From contig OZ037846.1 in NCBI GenBank assembly GCA_964035575.1, forward strand, positions 1,612,001 to 1,676,000: DNA of 64,000 nt. Direction: 5' to 3'. The notes beneath the pieces were generated by a model. That model did not search any database and had not been told where the DNA came from. It was given only the letters and a program-made list of their open reading frames with translations. The translations under genes were made by a program, and so were the position numbers. Source of the stretch: Rhynchopus sp. YZ270_cl-10. Lineage: Eukaryota. This document shows, piece by piece, positions 24,150-36,104 of the stretch (position 1 is its first letter; each line of letters starts with the position of its first letter).

Positions 24150-24753
24150 TACCCCCTACCCCCCCCCCCCCCCCCCGGGCCCCCCCCCACTGTATTAATT
24201 TATGTGAGAGGCTGTGGCACATCTTACGACCAGCAGGTCTGAGCGGGGTTGGCTTTTACAAGCCTTACCTGTCTCTCGTGTCGTTCTCCTCTTGTTTTGT
24301 GTGTTTGAATGCTGTGTGTACTTCCTTAGAAGCAAAACATTGCACAGGGAAGGGGGGCTTGAGCCACAGCAGACTGCCCCCCGAGGAGTCCCTTTTCTGC
24401 ACTCAAGAGGACAGAACAGGTGGGAGAAATTGCTGTGTGTGGGTGGGGGTGTGTTTGGTATCTATGCAGTAGTTGGGATGGTCCTGGCATTGTACCCCCC
24501 ACTCTCCTTGGCATACTTACGGCCCATTATGGCGCATGGACAAAAACTATCTTCTAAAATTTCGGCTATAATACGGGTCGTCACTTCTGCACCCTCACAC
24601 CGTCATTGGGGCCATGTTCTGCGCGAGAAGTACCCTCCCAGTTACAACCTCACCCCTCACACACTCCTCACACACCCCTCACAGATTCTTCTTCACTCGC
24701 TTCCCCCATTCGGGGATTTGTTTTTGGGGTACAACCCTTCATCCCCAACAAGA

Positions 24754-26628
24754 ATGTTCCATCTCAACGCCGCATCCGATGTCAACGGACGGAAACGCAA
24801 CTTCGTGCTGGAGTTTCCGTATCCACCAAGCTTCGCTGAGTTGGTGGCCCGGTGTGAAGGGGTGTTCACACGGGCACGTGGCGGGAGGGAATTTGTGGTC
24901 ACCAACATGCAGCGCTTCGATGCAGGCAGCGGGTGGGCACCTGTCACAACCATGGCCGACGCACCAGCCGACTGCCAGCTGTATCTGTTTGAGGCCGACT
25001 CCTGGCAGACGGACATGCAGCAGCAGATCCCTCCACCTGAGCGGCCAGACTTCACAGCCGCACCACATGCCCCCAACCCCCCTCGCGAGGCTGCCGCAAC
25101 ACACCCAACAATACACCCGACAACACACCCGACAGCACACCCCAACGAGCCTGCGCCCATCTCCGCCATACGCCAGCTTCGCCGCGCTTCATTTAGCGAA
25201 CGGGACGCGCCACGAGAGAGGATTGACCACAGAGAAGCCCTCCAGAGGGAGCTGCAACGCGAGAGGGACCTCCTCCGTGAAAGAGAGCTCCGCGAGCAGC
25301 GCGAGGTCCTGCGCGACTACGCTGCTGCCCCGAAGGTGGCGTCCCCAGCCCTGCTGCCCGCAGTGGCACCCCCGCTATCACTCCCTCCTGGCGCTCCTCT
25401 CGCACCTCCTCTGGGCGCACCCCTTGCGGTGCCTGCTGCGCCTCCGATGGCTGCGCTGGCACACCACAACAACGTCTCGCACGAAGAAAAGCTTACCTAC
25501 ACTTACAGCCACATCGCAGGACGCCACCTTGGTGTTGTGACAGCAGAGGATTGGCTGGCAGCGTGCGTGCAGGCAGGCATCCCTTTGGCTCCCGCAACAG
25601 TCTCTGGGCTCTTCGTCCGCGCGGATGCCGACAAAGACGGGGTACTCTCCGAAGCAGAGTGGCGCCGTCTGGCAGAGGTGTTTCCTGCTCTGCTGGAGTC
25701 TCTCTACTTCCGGATGCGCGACGACGAAGAGAACGAAGCCTTTGAATCCCGCCTCCGCGAACTACAGATCCAAATCAACGTTTCCACCGCAACAGAACAA
25801 AGCGCGCACGACGCTGCACTCACCGCTTCACAGGCCGTCCGTGACCTTGAGTCCAGCCTTTCCTCTCATACGATAGCCGCAGACGAAGCACAACACAAAC
25901 ACCGTGAGGTTCTCCAATGCCACACAGAATATTCCGCTATCGTCCTCGAAGCTGAAGCAGAAAAAGCACATTGGGAGGCTGCCATGCGGGCCCAGGTAGA
26001 CCGACACAACACCATCGTCACGGAGGTGAATTCCTGCGTTGATGCGCACGACGCTGCTGCACTCCGCCACGCATCCTCCCACGACGAAGCAGCCCGCACC
26101 GAACACGCCCGCACCCTCGCCGAGACAGCCTTTCATGAGCTTCAAGCAAGTCTGCACACCTCGGAGCAAAAGGTACAGCATTTGGCAGAAGAAGTGGTGC
26201 AGCGTGTTGCGGTGTTGGGTAGAGAGGGTGAAGGGCTTGAGGCTGCGGTGCGAGAGGTCGCACATTGGGGGGACGTGGTGGAAGCAGTTGAGGTGCGGGG
26301 GAGGCAGATCGAGCTGGCAGGGGTGGATGCGGGTGTAGTGGTGGAGCGTACCGTGCAGGCAGCTGCGGCGGCGGCAGCAGAGTGCGATGCAGAGGCGGCA
26401 CGGTACAACAGCGCTGTCCGCCACGTAGCCGATATGGAGCAACGTGCCGTGCTGTGTGAGGCAGAGTCCGCACGCTCCGCGAACGCGCTCACGACGCTCA
26501 GCAACGAGCATGCCGCGTACACGCAGCGCAGACGTCTTGTGGAAGAGCAAGAGCGACCCCTCGTAGAGGAAGAGCTTCGCCTAAGGGAAAGACGTCATAT
26601 GCTTCAAACAGGGTACCCAACAATGTAG
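24754..26628 (+). CDS. BILBO1-family protein (N-terminal BILBO1 domain, EF-hand region, long coiled coil)
   Basis: The N-terminus MFHLNAASDVNGRKRNFVLEFPYPPSFAEL...W...CQLYLFE..WQTDMQQQIPP resembles the trypanosome BILBO1 NTD. It has the EF-hand loop DADKDGVLSEAE followed by FPALLESLYFR, and a coiled-coil C-terminus. The ATG at 24754 is preferred over the track start at 24214. Confidence 0.85.
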   Translation: MFHLNAASDVNGRKRNFVLEFPYPPSFAELVARCEGVFTRARGGREFVVTNMQRFDAGSGWAPVTTMADAPADCQLYLFEADSWQTDMQQQIPPPERPDFTAAPHAPNPPREAAATHPTIHPTTHPTAHPNEPAPISAIRQLRRASFSERDAPRERIDHREALQRELQRERDLLRERELREQREVLRDYAAAPKVASPALLPAVAPPLSLPPGAPLAPPLGAPLAVPAAPPMAALAHHNNVSHEEKLTYTYSHIAGRHLGVVTAEDWLAACVQAGIPLAPATVSGLFVRADADKDGVLSEAEWRRLAEVFPALLESLYFRMRDDEENEAFESRLRELQIQINVSTATEQSAHDAALTASQAVRDLESSLSSHTIAADEAQHKHREVLQCHTEYSAIVLEAEAEKAHWEAAMRAQVDRHNTIVTEVNSCVDAHDAAALRHASSHDEAARTEHARTLAETAFHELQASLHTSEQKVQHLAEEVVQRVAVLGREGEGLEAAVREVAHWGDVVEAVEVRGRQIELAGVDAGVVVERTVQAAAAAAAECDAEAARYNSAVRHVADMEQRAVLCEAESARSANALTTLSNEHAAYTQRRRLVEEQERPLVEEELRLRERRHMLQTGYPTM

Positions 26629-28030
26629 AGGAGTAAAAAATGAAAAGGATTTTTTTTTTTCGGGGGAGCAAAATGACCCGAGCCTTGCGTTTTCTATGTA
26701 CGTTTTCAACTCCTTCTTTATAGGTAGTTTGGGTTATCGAGGCTCTTTCTCCCCTCTGATGCACAGAATCGTGTCAGGCGGGTGGGGAGGGTGAACCACA
26801 AGCCGTAGTGGGTGTCAGCCGCCTTATGAGTGACCTCAGTACATCACTATAAAGGAAGCTGCGTTTTCTGGTACGTTTCAACTCCTTTCTTTAAAGGTGG
26901 CTTGATTACAGGATCTTATCTGGGTACTGGATTCAACAGAATTTTCAAAATAAAAAATAAAAAGGGGGGGGGGGGGGACACAAAATTGGGGCAAGTCGTA
27001 TGCGAACGCGAATGTGTTGTGATGTGGGGTACTCCTCCACGTAGGATGGATTTTTTTTTATGAAGTGTTCTCTAGGGTTCGATAACCCGCGGAGAACATG
27101 GTCCTGCGTCCGCCGATCAACGGTGAGGCGCTGGCACTTTCAAACGTCTTTTTTTCTTGTTTCTTCTAGTCCTTATGTGCCTTCTCTTTGAATGGAAAGA
27201 AAAATGAAATTAGTTTCGAATTTGTCAAGTTTTTTTTGGGGAATAGATCTACCCCTTATGATGATGTGTGTTCATAGTCTGCAAGGAGGCAAAGGGCACA
27301 AGGCTGCGCCACACAAGAGATACGTGGCGTGGCGTCAGTAGAGCTACATGCAGTATGAAGGAGTCCATAAACCCTTTTTGCCCAACGGTGCCATCGCATC
27401 TGTTGGCAAAAAGGTTTGGGTGTGGACAGTTCCGCGAACGATAACGATTGTGGAACAGGAGGAGGGGTGTGTTTGATAACTAGTAGCGGTGTTACGGGAC
27501 AACTGTCAAGGTAATGTCAATATAGGCCCCTCGGAATACCAAGTAGGGGTAATTCTTGCACGGAATATGGCCCATGAGTGTGTGTGTTTTTGGGAACTCA
27601 ATAGATTGTTATGTTATTGTTTTTTTTATGGCTTCAGTTCATCTGGGCTGCTTTTTCCCTTCACTCCACCACGGTGCACCGGTCATGTACCAAGGCACAC
27701 TGTCACGAGCGGGATTTGTATTTCAGTCAACTTCTTTTTTTTGTTTTTTCGTAGCAGATGTTCGCAGGTATTATTCTTTTCTGTCGACACTTTTTGTTTT
27801 GTTTTTTTTTAGAATTTGAAAAAAAAAAAAGCTCCTTTTTATTTTTGCGTCACCCGCGTAGGATAGTGAGCTCTCCACTTCACCTCTCTGAGTGTTCACG
27901 TTCGTGCACCCAAAAACCGAGTATTTTTTGTGTTTTTTTACCGGTTTTCAACTTACCTTCCTTCACCCCCCCTGTAAGGGCAACCGTAGGTGAAGTAAGG
28001 TATAGTATTGAAATCGATGTGGGGGGGGGG

Positions 28031-28873
28031 CAGTGTTGGCAGAGTACGTGTCCAATTTCAAAAAGTACGTAAAAAGTACAATAGTACAATAGTACAAAAA
28101 GTACGTAAAAAGTACAAAAAATACACAAAAAGTACATCTGGGTTTGTGGCCGGGTATGTGCAGCTGGTGTACCAGTGTGGGGGCAAAAAAAAAAGGTTTG
28201 ATGGCAGTGTTGGCATAGTACGGCACAAAGCTGTAAACGGCTTCTCAAGAATGTGCGCGGTCTCGCAGGTTCACAGACAGCGGCACCTGGTTCTCGAACA
28301 GCGACGCCTCGGAGTCAAGAAGCAATGGGAGATGGTGTTTCCTGTCGGTCACGTGTGATCACGTGTGGTCCAACAAAGTCGGGATACAGTAGGGGGTACG
28401 TGTAGATGACTACACCTCGAACAGTTGGGAGGGGGAAAAGGGATGGGGTGATGGGGTTCACAGAATGGTAGTAAAGTCAATCTCGCTTACGGGCGCGTCA
28501 TCAGTCTTCTTACTCCGCTTCGTCGGTGGTTCGTTCTCCCCCTCCGGATTCTCCGCCCCCCACCAGCACTCCTCCCTGTTCACCCTCAGTTTTTTGTACA
28601 GCGAGGTGGCGCGGTGAATGTTCACAGGTCCCATATTGTGCCGACGTGCACAAGTGACGAACCCCATATCGGAGAATTTTACCTCGCACTGGCACGAGTG
28701 AGGGGGGATGCGGGTCAGCTTCACAGCGGTCAGCCAAAACGGACTTCTTGTGTCGAATTCCCAGGGTAAAATATAGGGTCATAAAGTACGGATTTGGGCG
28801 CCAAAAAGTACGTCAAAAAGTACAAAAGTACAAAGTACAAAAAGTACAACGTACACGTACTCTGCCAACACTG
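28031..28873. mobile_element. hAT deletion derivative with dimerisation-domain remnant
   Basis: TIR CAGTGTTGGCAGAGTACGTGT, flanked by G runs (compatible with a G8 TSD). The minus strand at about 28458-28780 reads DPIFY/WEFDTRSPFWLTAVKLTRIPPHSCQCEVKFSDMGF (hATC-like). AAAAGTAC subterminal repeats. Confidence 0.85.
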
Positions 28874-29505
28874 GGGGGGGGGGGGGGGGGGGGGTCAGCC
28901 TGAGTAATAAAAAAGGGGGGTTTTCGGCCCAAAAAGCCCAGACCCCAGACCCCCGGCCACAACCTAGTGCGTAATAAGGGGATGGGGTAGTACTGCACCC
29001 AAAACCCCGTTTTTCGGCGTTTCCGGAGGTCCACCCAGAAAGTGGTGGGGCCATTTTGAAAAAATGGACAAGTTTTTCGGTGTTTAAATTTTCACAACTT
29101 TTATTTGGTACAGTTTTACGCGTGCTTTTTCGGGGCCCATCTCGAAAAGGGTCACACGGGGTATAACTCAGTAGTCCTGGCCCTGGCCCTGGCCCTGGCC
29201 CTGGCCCTGGCCCTGGCCCTGGCCGCGGCCCCGCATGCTGAAAACATGAAAGTACCCGAAAACACCGGCATTTGTATTTTCGGAATCCGTTCGTTCTGTG
29301 GTGGGGTCAATTTGCTGAAATGGACAAGTTTTTGGTTTTGGTCAAAATCCATGTAGGGTAAAGAGGGCCAAGGTAAATACCACAACCCAGATTTTCTCAC
29401 CCTGATGCTGAAAACATGAAAATGCCCGAAAACATCGGCATTTGCCTTTCCGGAATCCGCTCGTTCTGTGGTGGGGTATATACAGAAAAATGGACAAAAT
29501 TTTAA

Positions 29506-31661
29506 GGGGAATAGTCAGTTATGCCCTACCCTTTTTTTGAAATGGTCAGAGATACCCGAAAATAAGTTCAGATATTGGTCAGAGATGCCCCATTTTCAAA
29601 AATAGGGCATAACTGACCAATATCTGAACTTATTTTCGGGTATTTCGGGTATCTCTGACTATTTCTCAACTTATTTTCGGGCATGTCTGACCATATCGCC
29701 AACTTTTTTCGGGTACCCCAAAAAAGTTGGTTTTCGGGTATACCCAGATACCCAGATACCCAGATACCCAGATACCCAGATACCCAGATACCCAGATACC
29801 CAGATACCCAGATACCCAGATACCCAGATACCCAGATACCAGGTCCAGGTACCCAGGAACAGGAAAAAAGTCGTGAAAGAGCAACCACAGCTCCACATGA
29901 CAAACACAAAAGTGTCCAGTCACGTGGGGCATTCATGCACTGAGGAGATAATGATCCAACAATTTACAAGAAAGATTACTTAACCTACTGCTGGAAATTG
30001 CCAGGTCGTAGTAACACACAAAGTGTGCCGTTCGGGAAGACCGGATATTCTAGAGACCAAAAAGGCCTCAAGAATATCTTCCGGTAGTCAAGGTAGAACC
30101 GAGTGAACGGCCCAAGACCCCCGTGGAGAAGTTAAATGTGTAATGCTATCAGGTAGAAACTGCGAACACTGTCTTACCCTCCTCAATGCATGGTGGTTGA
30201 TGTCTTCCACAACAAATTTCCTGTACCCAGGTACCCAGGTTCCCAGACCCACGCAGTACCACGTCGCAGTACTACGCAAAATTTACCACCAGACCCTGTC
30301 TTCGTGCACCTGAAGTACAACGCCGCAGACAGGCCAAACATGCATTGGACTCAGAGGAATGCCCGCTGTGCAGGTATCATGAGAACCAACTCCCAGCAAC
30401 AAGGGGCGCCTTTTGGCGGGCGTTGTTGAGGGTGTTTGGGGTGCAAAGTTTTCCACAATTTTGATGCGCGGGTACAGAAGTGTTGTCTTGTTCTTTCATC
30501 TCTAGGAATGTAAATGTCAATCGCGTTTAACTACCACTAGGGCTTGTTCAGTGAACCCACGAGGGGTCGAAGGGGGTTGGTTATCCCATATCTATCAAAG
30601 GTTGTGTCGACCAGGCTAAACCACTATGTTACGCTGTACGTTGTTAAATCCGAAGAAATAACACTTTAGCAGCCGCAGGAAGTTTGCTAAAAAGAGTGCC
30701 TCACGCTACACAAACCACCACCCGCAATTGACTTAGATGTTATAACAAAGAGAATTCAGAACAAAACAACACCCTGCCCCATACACACTAAATTGTCATG
30801 CTTCGAGAGCATGCCTGGGCCAAAATTACTTGACAAAAAAGGCAACAAGACCACCCACAAGGAGTGTGAAATGTGCACTGGTTTTCTGGGGGAACGCAAT
30901 ATTTCCAATGTTTCCAAAGTCGAATTTCTTGCACTAGCTATGCTCCCTGGGTTAATGGCTATAGCAGTGACTGACAAAGTGTTACCACCCCCAGGTCTTC
31001 GTCCACAAACAAATCTAGAATAGATTGATTTGGGTGAAGCCTTGGATTTTGAGTTGTTGAATGTCGGAGAGCGGCGCTCATCGCAATCACGGATGCAGTT
31101 CAGATTTCACGATCCTGTGATGAGTGGAAATGTGGGGTGTGATTAAGTTATGGTATACAAACGCAGTAGTCGGGAAGGGTGAGGTTAATGAAAAAAGTGG
31201 TCATAACTATGTATTTCCGTGAAATAAGGTAGCCTTTTTTCACGCTACAGAGAGTTTCCTGCTGCACTAATGGTTCCCAAGCGAAGCGAGGGACCAGGTA
31301 TAAGGGTTTGCGGGTTTGCGGGTATTTACCCCCACTAAAAGTAACTGTGTGTGGGGTAGAGGGGTGAAAATCATACCATGCTGCTTCAATACTGTCTCTG
31401 CTGTCGCATTCCCTCATGGTGGGTCACTCACCCACTGGGCAAAAAATCAAAGGGGGTACCCCCAAATAAGTGGGTACCCCAAATAAGTTCAGAGATACCC
31501 GAAAAAAGTTCAGATATACCCGAAAATAAGTTCAAATACCCGAAAATAAGTTCAGATATAGTCAGTTATGCCCTATTTCTGGTTTTCGGGTATATCTGAA
31601 CTTATTTTCGGGTATCTCTGACCATTTCAAAAAAAGGGTAGGGTATAACTGACTATTCCCC
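29506..31661. mobile_element. Mutator (MULE)-like non-autonomous element
   Basis: Long TIR GGGGAATAGTCAGTTAT.CCCTACCCTTTTTTTGAAATGGTCAGAGATACCCGAAAATAAG; 9-bp TSD AAATTTTAA at 29497-29505 and 31662-31670. It interrupts a repeat seen uninterrupted near 58445. Confidence 0.85.
29740..29835. repeat. (ATACCCAG)n tandem repeat, about 12 units
   Basis: Perfect 8-bp periodicity inside the MULE-like element. Confidence 0.9.
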
Positions 31662-32471
31662 AAATTTTAATGACTAAAATTTTCACAAAATATGAACCCA
31701 TACCCAATACAAGGGTAAATGACAAAAATTACCATAAAAACCCCCCAAAACCCAAAAGCCCAGACCCCAGACCCCAGGCCACCTTCCTTATTACGCACCC
31801 TGGGGGGGGTAGGGTCTATCAAAAGCTAGTGGCAAACGTCATTTTTTGAGAAACCCCAACCACGGCTTTCATAGTGTTTCTGACCATACCAACCCACCCA
31901 CACCCCCCCAAAAACCGTCTCAGGCCCCGAGTTTACCCTTTTTTGGCACTTTAGTGGCCCTGATTTTAAAAATTCAAAAAAAAAAAAATGGGTGTCCATG
32001 ACTTCGTACCTTTCCACCCCCCCCCCCCCCCCTTTTCCCATATTTATTTAAAATTCAGTTTCCTCTTCTGCTTTGGGCGAGTATTGCTGGATGAAACCAG
32101 AAAATATGTCCATTGGGACCCCAAAAATCGAATTCTGCCCGGTTTTGAGCACTTTTGACCACTTCTGAGCGACTTTTTTTGCATTTTTTCAAAAGTGACC
32201 ACCAACTTGTACCTGCCCACCCCCCGTAGATAGAGCAACTCACATATCCATCAGCCTCAGTGTTAGCCAGGGGCCAGAAAAGCCCCCAAAGCCACATATT
32301 TTCACCCCAGAACCTATCCCGAGGGGTACCCGGGCTGTTTCGGGGTGTTTAGAGGGACTTGGTGGAACTTAGAACCATGTTTCAAAAAGTGTCCAAGAAC
32401 TCGTACCAAGGGTTTGCCCTCCCAAGCAATATCCCTGTACGTGGACTCCCCTATAGGGGGGGGGGGGGGTA

Positions 32472-33652
32472 GGTGGGGGCAAAACCCCTATTTTTTTGAG
32501 GCATTTCGATTTTTTTGGATTTACGTGCAAAGTACCCGCAAACCACCGAAAATTTCGGGTCAGAGATGGTTTTGGGGTGTGGTTTGGGGGTGTTCTATAG
32601 GTGAGACACCCCAGAGATACAAAAAAATGGAAAAAAATAGCAAAAATAGACCATTTTGGCCGTTTGGGCCATTTTGGTCAAATGGCCATTTTTGACCAAT
32701 ATTTCAAAAAAAGCAAAAATTTGTCATCATTAGGCCTGTCTGGGCACAAATATGCCCCAAAAATGTCCCGCGAGTCCATTCCGACCTGTTTTGAACACAT
32801 TTATCGCCTTTTTTGGTGTTTTTTTGGTGTTTTGAGGTCAAAAAAGATCCCCTGACTATCCCCTGGCAGCCCTGGGCCGCGACTTGCGCCCTGCTTTTGG
32901 ACCCCCTCTGGGCCAAAAAATGGGTGAAAACCCTCGAAAAAGCACTCCGGGGACCCAGATAGTTCCATATATCCACCAGAAACCCACCCAAACACCTCAA
33001 AAACATGCCAGAAAAATATTTTCAAAAACACACTTTTTTCAAAAAGTTCATCTGGGCAGGTTCCATAATGACTTATTTGAAAAAGTGTGTTTTTGAAAAT
33101 GTTTTTCTGACATGTTTTTGAGGTGTTTTTGAGGGTGTGCGGTGGAAATTTGGAACTATCTGGGCTCCCAGAGTGCTTTTTCGGAGGTTTTCGCCCATTT
33201 TTTGGCCCAGAGTGGGTCTAAAAGCAGGGCGCAAGTCGCGGCCCAGGGCTGCCAGGGGATAGTCAGGGGATCTTTTTTGACCTCAAAACACCAAAAAAAA
33301 CACCAAAACAAGTGCCTAAAGTGTCCAAAACAGGTCGGAATGGACTCACAGGACATTTTTGGGGTAGTTTCGTGCCCAAGCAGCTGTCATGATGTCGAAA
33401 TTTTGCTGTTTTTTTGATTTTTTTCTCAAAAAATGGCCATTTTACCCAACATGGCCAAAACCGTCAAAAGCCACTTTTTCACTATTTTTTTTGCATTTTT
33501 TCATATTCTGAGGTGCCCTAATCATGGATTTTCGGGTCTCAGGGTGTTTCTGACCCATTTCTGGGGGGTATGAGGGGTGTTGACAGGTTTTTTGCTCACA
33601 AAACCACTTTTTCCAAAAATGCCTCACCCGTCCTGAAGGTTTTGCCCCCCCC
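32472..33652. mobile_element. Foldback element (TIR GGTGGGGGCAAAACC), copy A
   Basis: TA-flanked, with long inverted arms around a ~40-nt spacer at about 33040-33080. Same family as 55640-56825, in the opposite orientation. Confidence 0.8.
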
Positions 33653-33654
33653 TA

Positions 33655-34495
33655 GGCATACTGTGCGGGCGAGTAAAAAAAACTCGCCTACTCGCCAAAA
33701 ACTCGCCTAAAACTCGCCTATTTTTGGGGGGCGAGTTTTGGCGAGTTTTTTTTTTGGTAGGGATTTTACCTTGGGAAAAGTGTACACACGAAAATATGAG
33801 GGAAATTTGAGTTTTGAAGAGAAAATTTTTTTCGTTCCACTTGAACAAGACCTCTACAGTTTGCTTTGTAGGCTTCCACAACCAGTACCACCAGTCCAGC
33901 TGTAGCTTCTGCGGATCCATGAAGCTTGCACAGATGGGTGCGATGTAGTCGTGGGGGAGTACCGCCAAGGGGTGGCCTGCAGGGTTGCCATTTACCGGCA
34001 TGGCGAGGACATTGTTGTATAGCGAGTGTAGCCCCGGCTCATGTCTTCGTCATCCTCCGGATTGTAGCACGTCTTGTCCCCCGGGATCTATGGCACGCCT
34101 GGATCTTCCCCTGGAGCAAATGTTTACATACATGCCTGTCAGCCACTGCCGTGACATGGTTGCCTTTAGACGTACAAGTGACACAATTTCAATTTTTTTG
34201 TGTTTTCGAGTGGCATGTTGTCATCAGTCACCCCCGCCCTCCATTTTCGCATCCTGGTGCACATTTTCACCCCCAAGGTGCGTATGTGCACCAGGATTTG
34301 CACCCAAATTGGGGCGAGTTTAGGCGAGTTTAGGCGAGTTTTTGGCGAGTTTAGGCGAGTTTTGGCGAGTTTTTGGCGAGTTTTGGCGAGTAATAGGCGA
34401 GTAATGGGCGAGTAGGGCGAGTTTTTGGCGAGTTTTTCCTGAAAATCAGGAAAACGAAAAACTCGCCTAAAAACGGCTCGCCTGCACAGTATGCC
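33655..34495. mobile_element. DNA transposon, TIR GGCATACTGTGC.GGCGAG
   Basis: TA|GGCATACTGTGCGGGCGAG ... CTCGCCTGCACAGTATGCC|TA (alternatively CATACTG ends with a CCTAGG duplication); many GGCGAGT subterminal repeats. Confidence 0.8.
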
Positions 34496-34517
34496 TAGGG
34501 GGGGGGGGGGGGGGGGG

Positions 34518-36088
34518 CGGGGCTGCAAGTATACGTATTATACGTATAATACGTTCCAACGTATATATCACACATTCTCCGAAACTGCGTATCACTTGTG
34601 ACCAACCATGGAGCCAATTTAAAGTGACTATTTTTCCACTAAAAAAATTCTCCGACCCCGGAATTTTTTCAGATCGCTCCGGAAATGCCATTCCGCGCCT
34701 TTTTGCAAAAAAATATTGCACCCTGAGGTCATTAAACGTCTGTGTGCGTTGACGGGTGGATCCTACTAATTTCTCGCGCCCCAAAAAAAATATTTTTATT
34801 TTTATTTTGAAAGATCGGGTGTGAAAACGTTCAATTCCGGGGTCGGACGATTTTTTTTATGCCTCTCTTCATGTCGCAAAGGATTTTGGGAGGGAGGGGC
34901 GTTTTCAGGTATTCCCTGTACTTTCCTAAGGGATCAGGTTAGAAACCCCTTTTTGGGTGGTCTTCGGTGACTTATTCCACTAAAAACGTTTTTATCAAAA
35001 GTTGCCAATTTTTTTTTTCTTTGGAATTATTTTCAACAATTCTTTCAATTCTGACGATTTTTTTCCGCCGGAAAAATACTATGTGTCAGCCAGGTTTCGG
35101 TGGAGCCAACCCCATTTTTACACCCAAATTGCAGCCAAATTGCCCTGTATATGGGTGTTCTACAATGGAGCCAATCCAATTTAATAGTTTTTTGACTAAA
35201 TTGCTCGATTTTTTTTTCTTTGAAAAGTTTGGAGTCCGGAAACACCATTCCGCGCATTTTCAGACAGAATTATGCATCTGTCCTTTTCTCACCTGTTGCT
35301 GAGATTAGGAGGTAAAAACTCTCACGGTGATTTCAGAAAAAAGATTTTTTTTATTTTTTTGAGATTTTTATTTCTTTTGAAAGCGCGGTTTCGAAACGTT
35401 CAATTCCGGGGTCGGACGATAAAAAATATGCATCTGGGCCGAGTGAGTGAAAAATCTGAAAAATGATACGCAATTTCGGAGAATGTGTGATATACGTTCG
35501 GCTGGGGGAGGAAAAAGCTAAATATACGTTACCTATACGTTGCCCTTTGTTGTACTGTACCAGTCCCCTATGCGACGGGGGTTATCCCGGAATAAGCGCA
35601 CTTCGAGAACGGCATCTCCAAGTGCCCGGGTCTCACCCTCTCCACAAAAACGGAAGAGGAACACACATAGTGGCTTGAGGAGTTGGGGAGCAGCAGTGCA
35701 CCGGCAGCAGAAGAAGGCGAAGACCTCCGCAAAGGGGGCAAAAGAGGTTGTCACCGGGCCTCTTGACGCTCATGTGCAGAGAACAATGATGGGTGCCCGC
35801 GTGATTGCCTCATGGTTGTTCTACACAGGACAACCCTGGACACCTCCTCTTCTGAGAGGATTCAGGAGATGATCGACACCGTGCGTCGGTTGCCGCCGCA
35901 GGCGGAGTACAAGGTGCCCCGACGGGACAAAGTCTCGGGGGGTTTGCTCGATGATGAGCACCACCGCTTTTTTGCTGTAGGAAATGGGTGCAACGTATAG
36001 ATAGCGTATAACGTATATTTGAACGTATATATACGTAGCGTATATATACGTTCAAAAAGTGCCCGAGGTACGTATATATACAGCCCCG
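34518..36088. mobile_element. hAT deletion derivative with transposase remnant
   Basis: TIR CGGGGCTG / CAGCCCCG in G runs, with TATACG subterminal repeats. About 35790-35965 reads, across a frameshift, VIASWLFYTGQP/SERIQEMIDTVRRLPPQAEYKVPRRDKVSGGLLDDE, resembling the hAT I..W.Y..G.P...F..MI...Y..P.R......LL segment. Confidence 0.75.
34566..35492. mobile_element. Nested element, TIR TATCACACATTCTCCGAAA.TGCGTATCA
   Basis: Inverted termini at 34564-34594 and 35464-35494, in a TA/TATA context. A related right-hand part lies at about 57000-57685. Confidence 0.7.
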
Positions 36089-36104
36089 GGGGGGGGGGGG
36101 GGTA

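Noticed and set aside
24214..24753. N-terminal extensions in the ORF track (also 44383-44583 and 49027-49608)
   Set aside because: Non-ATG starts, intergenic-like composition, and putative acceptors just before the internal ATGs.
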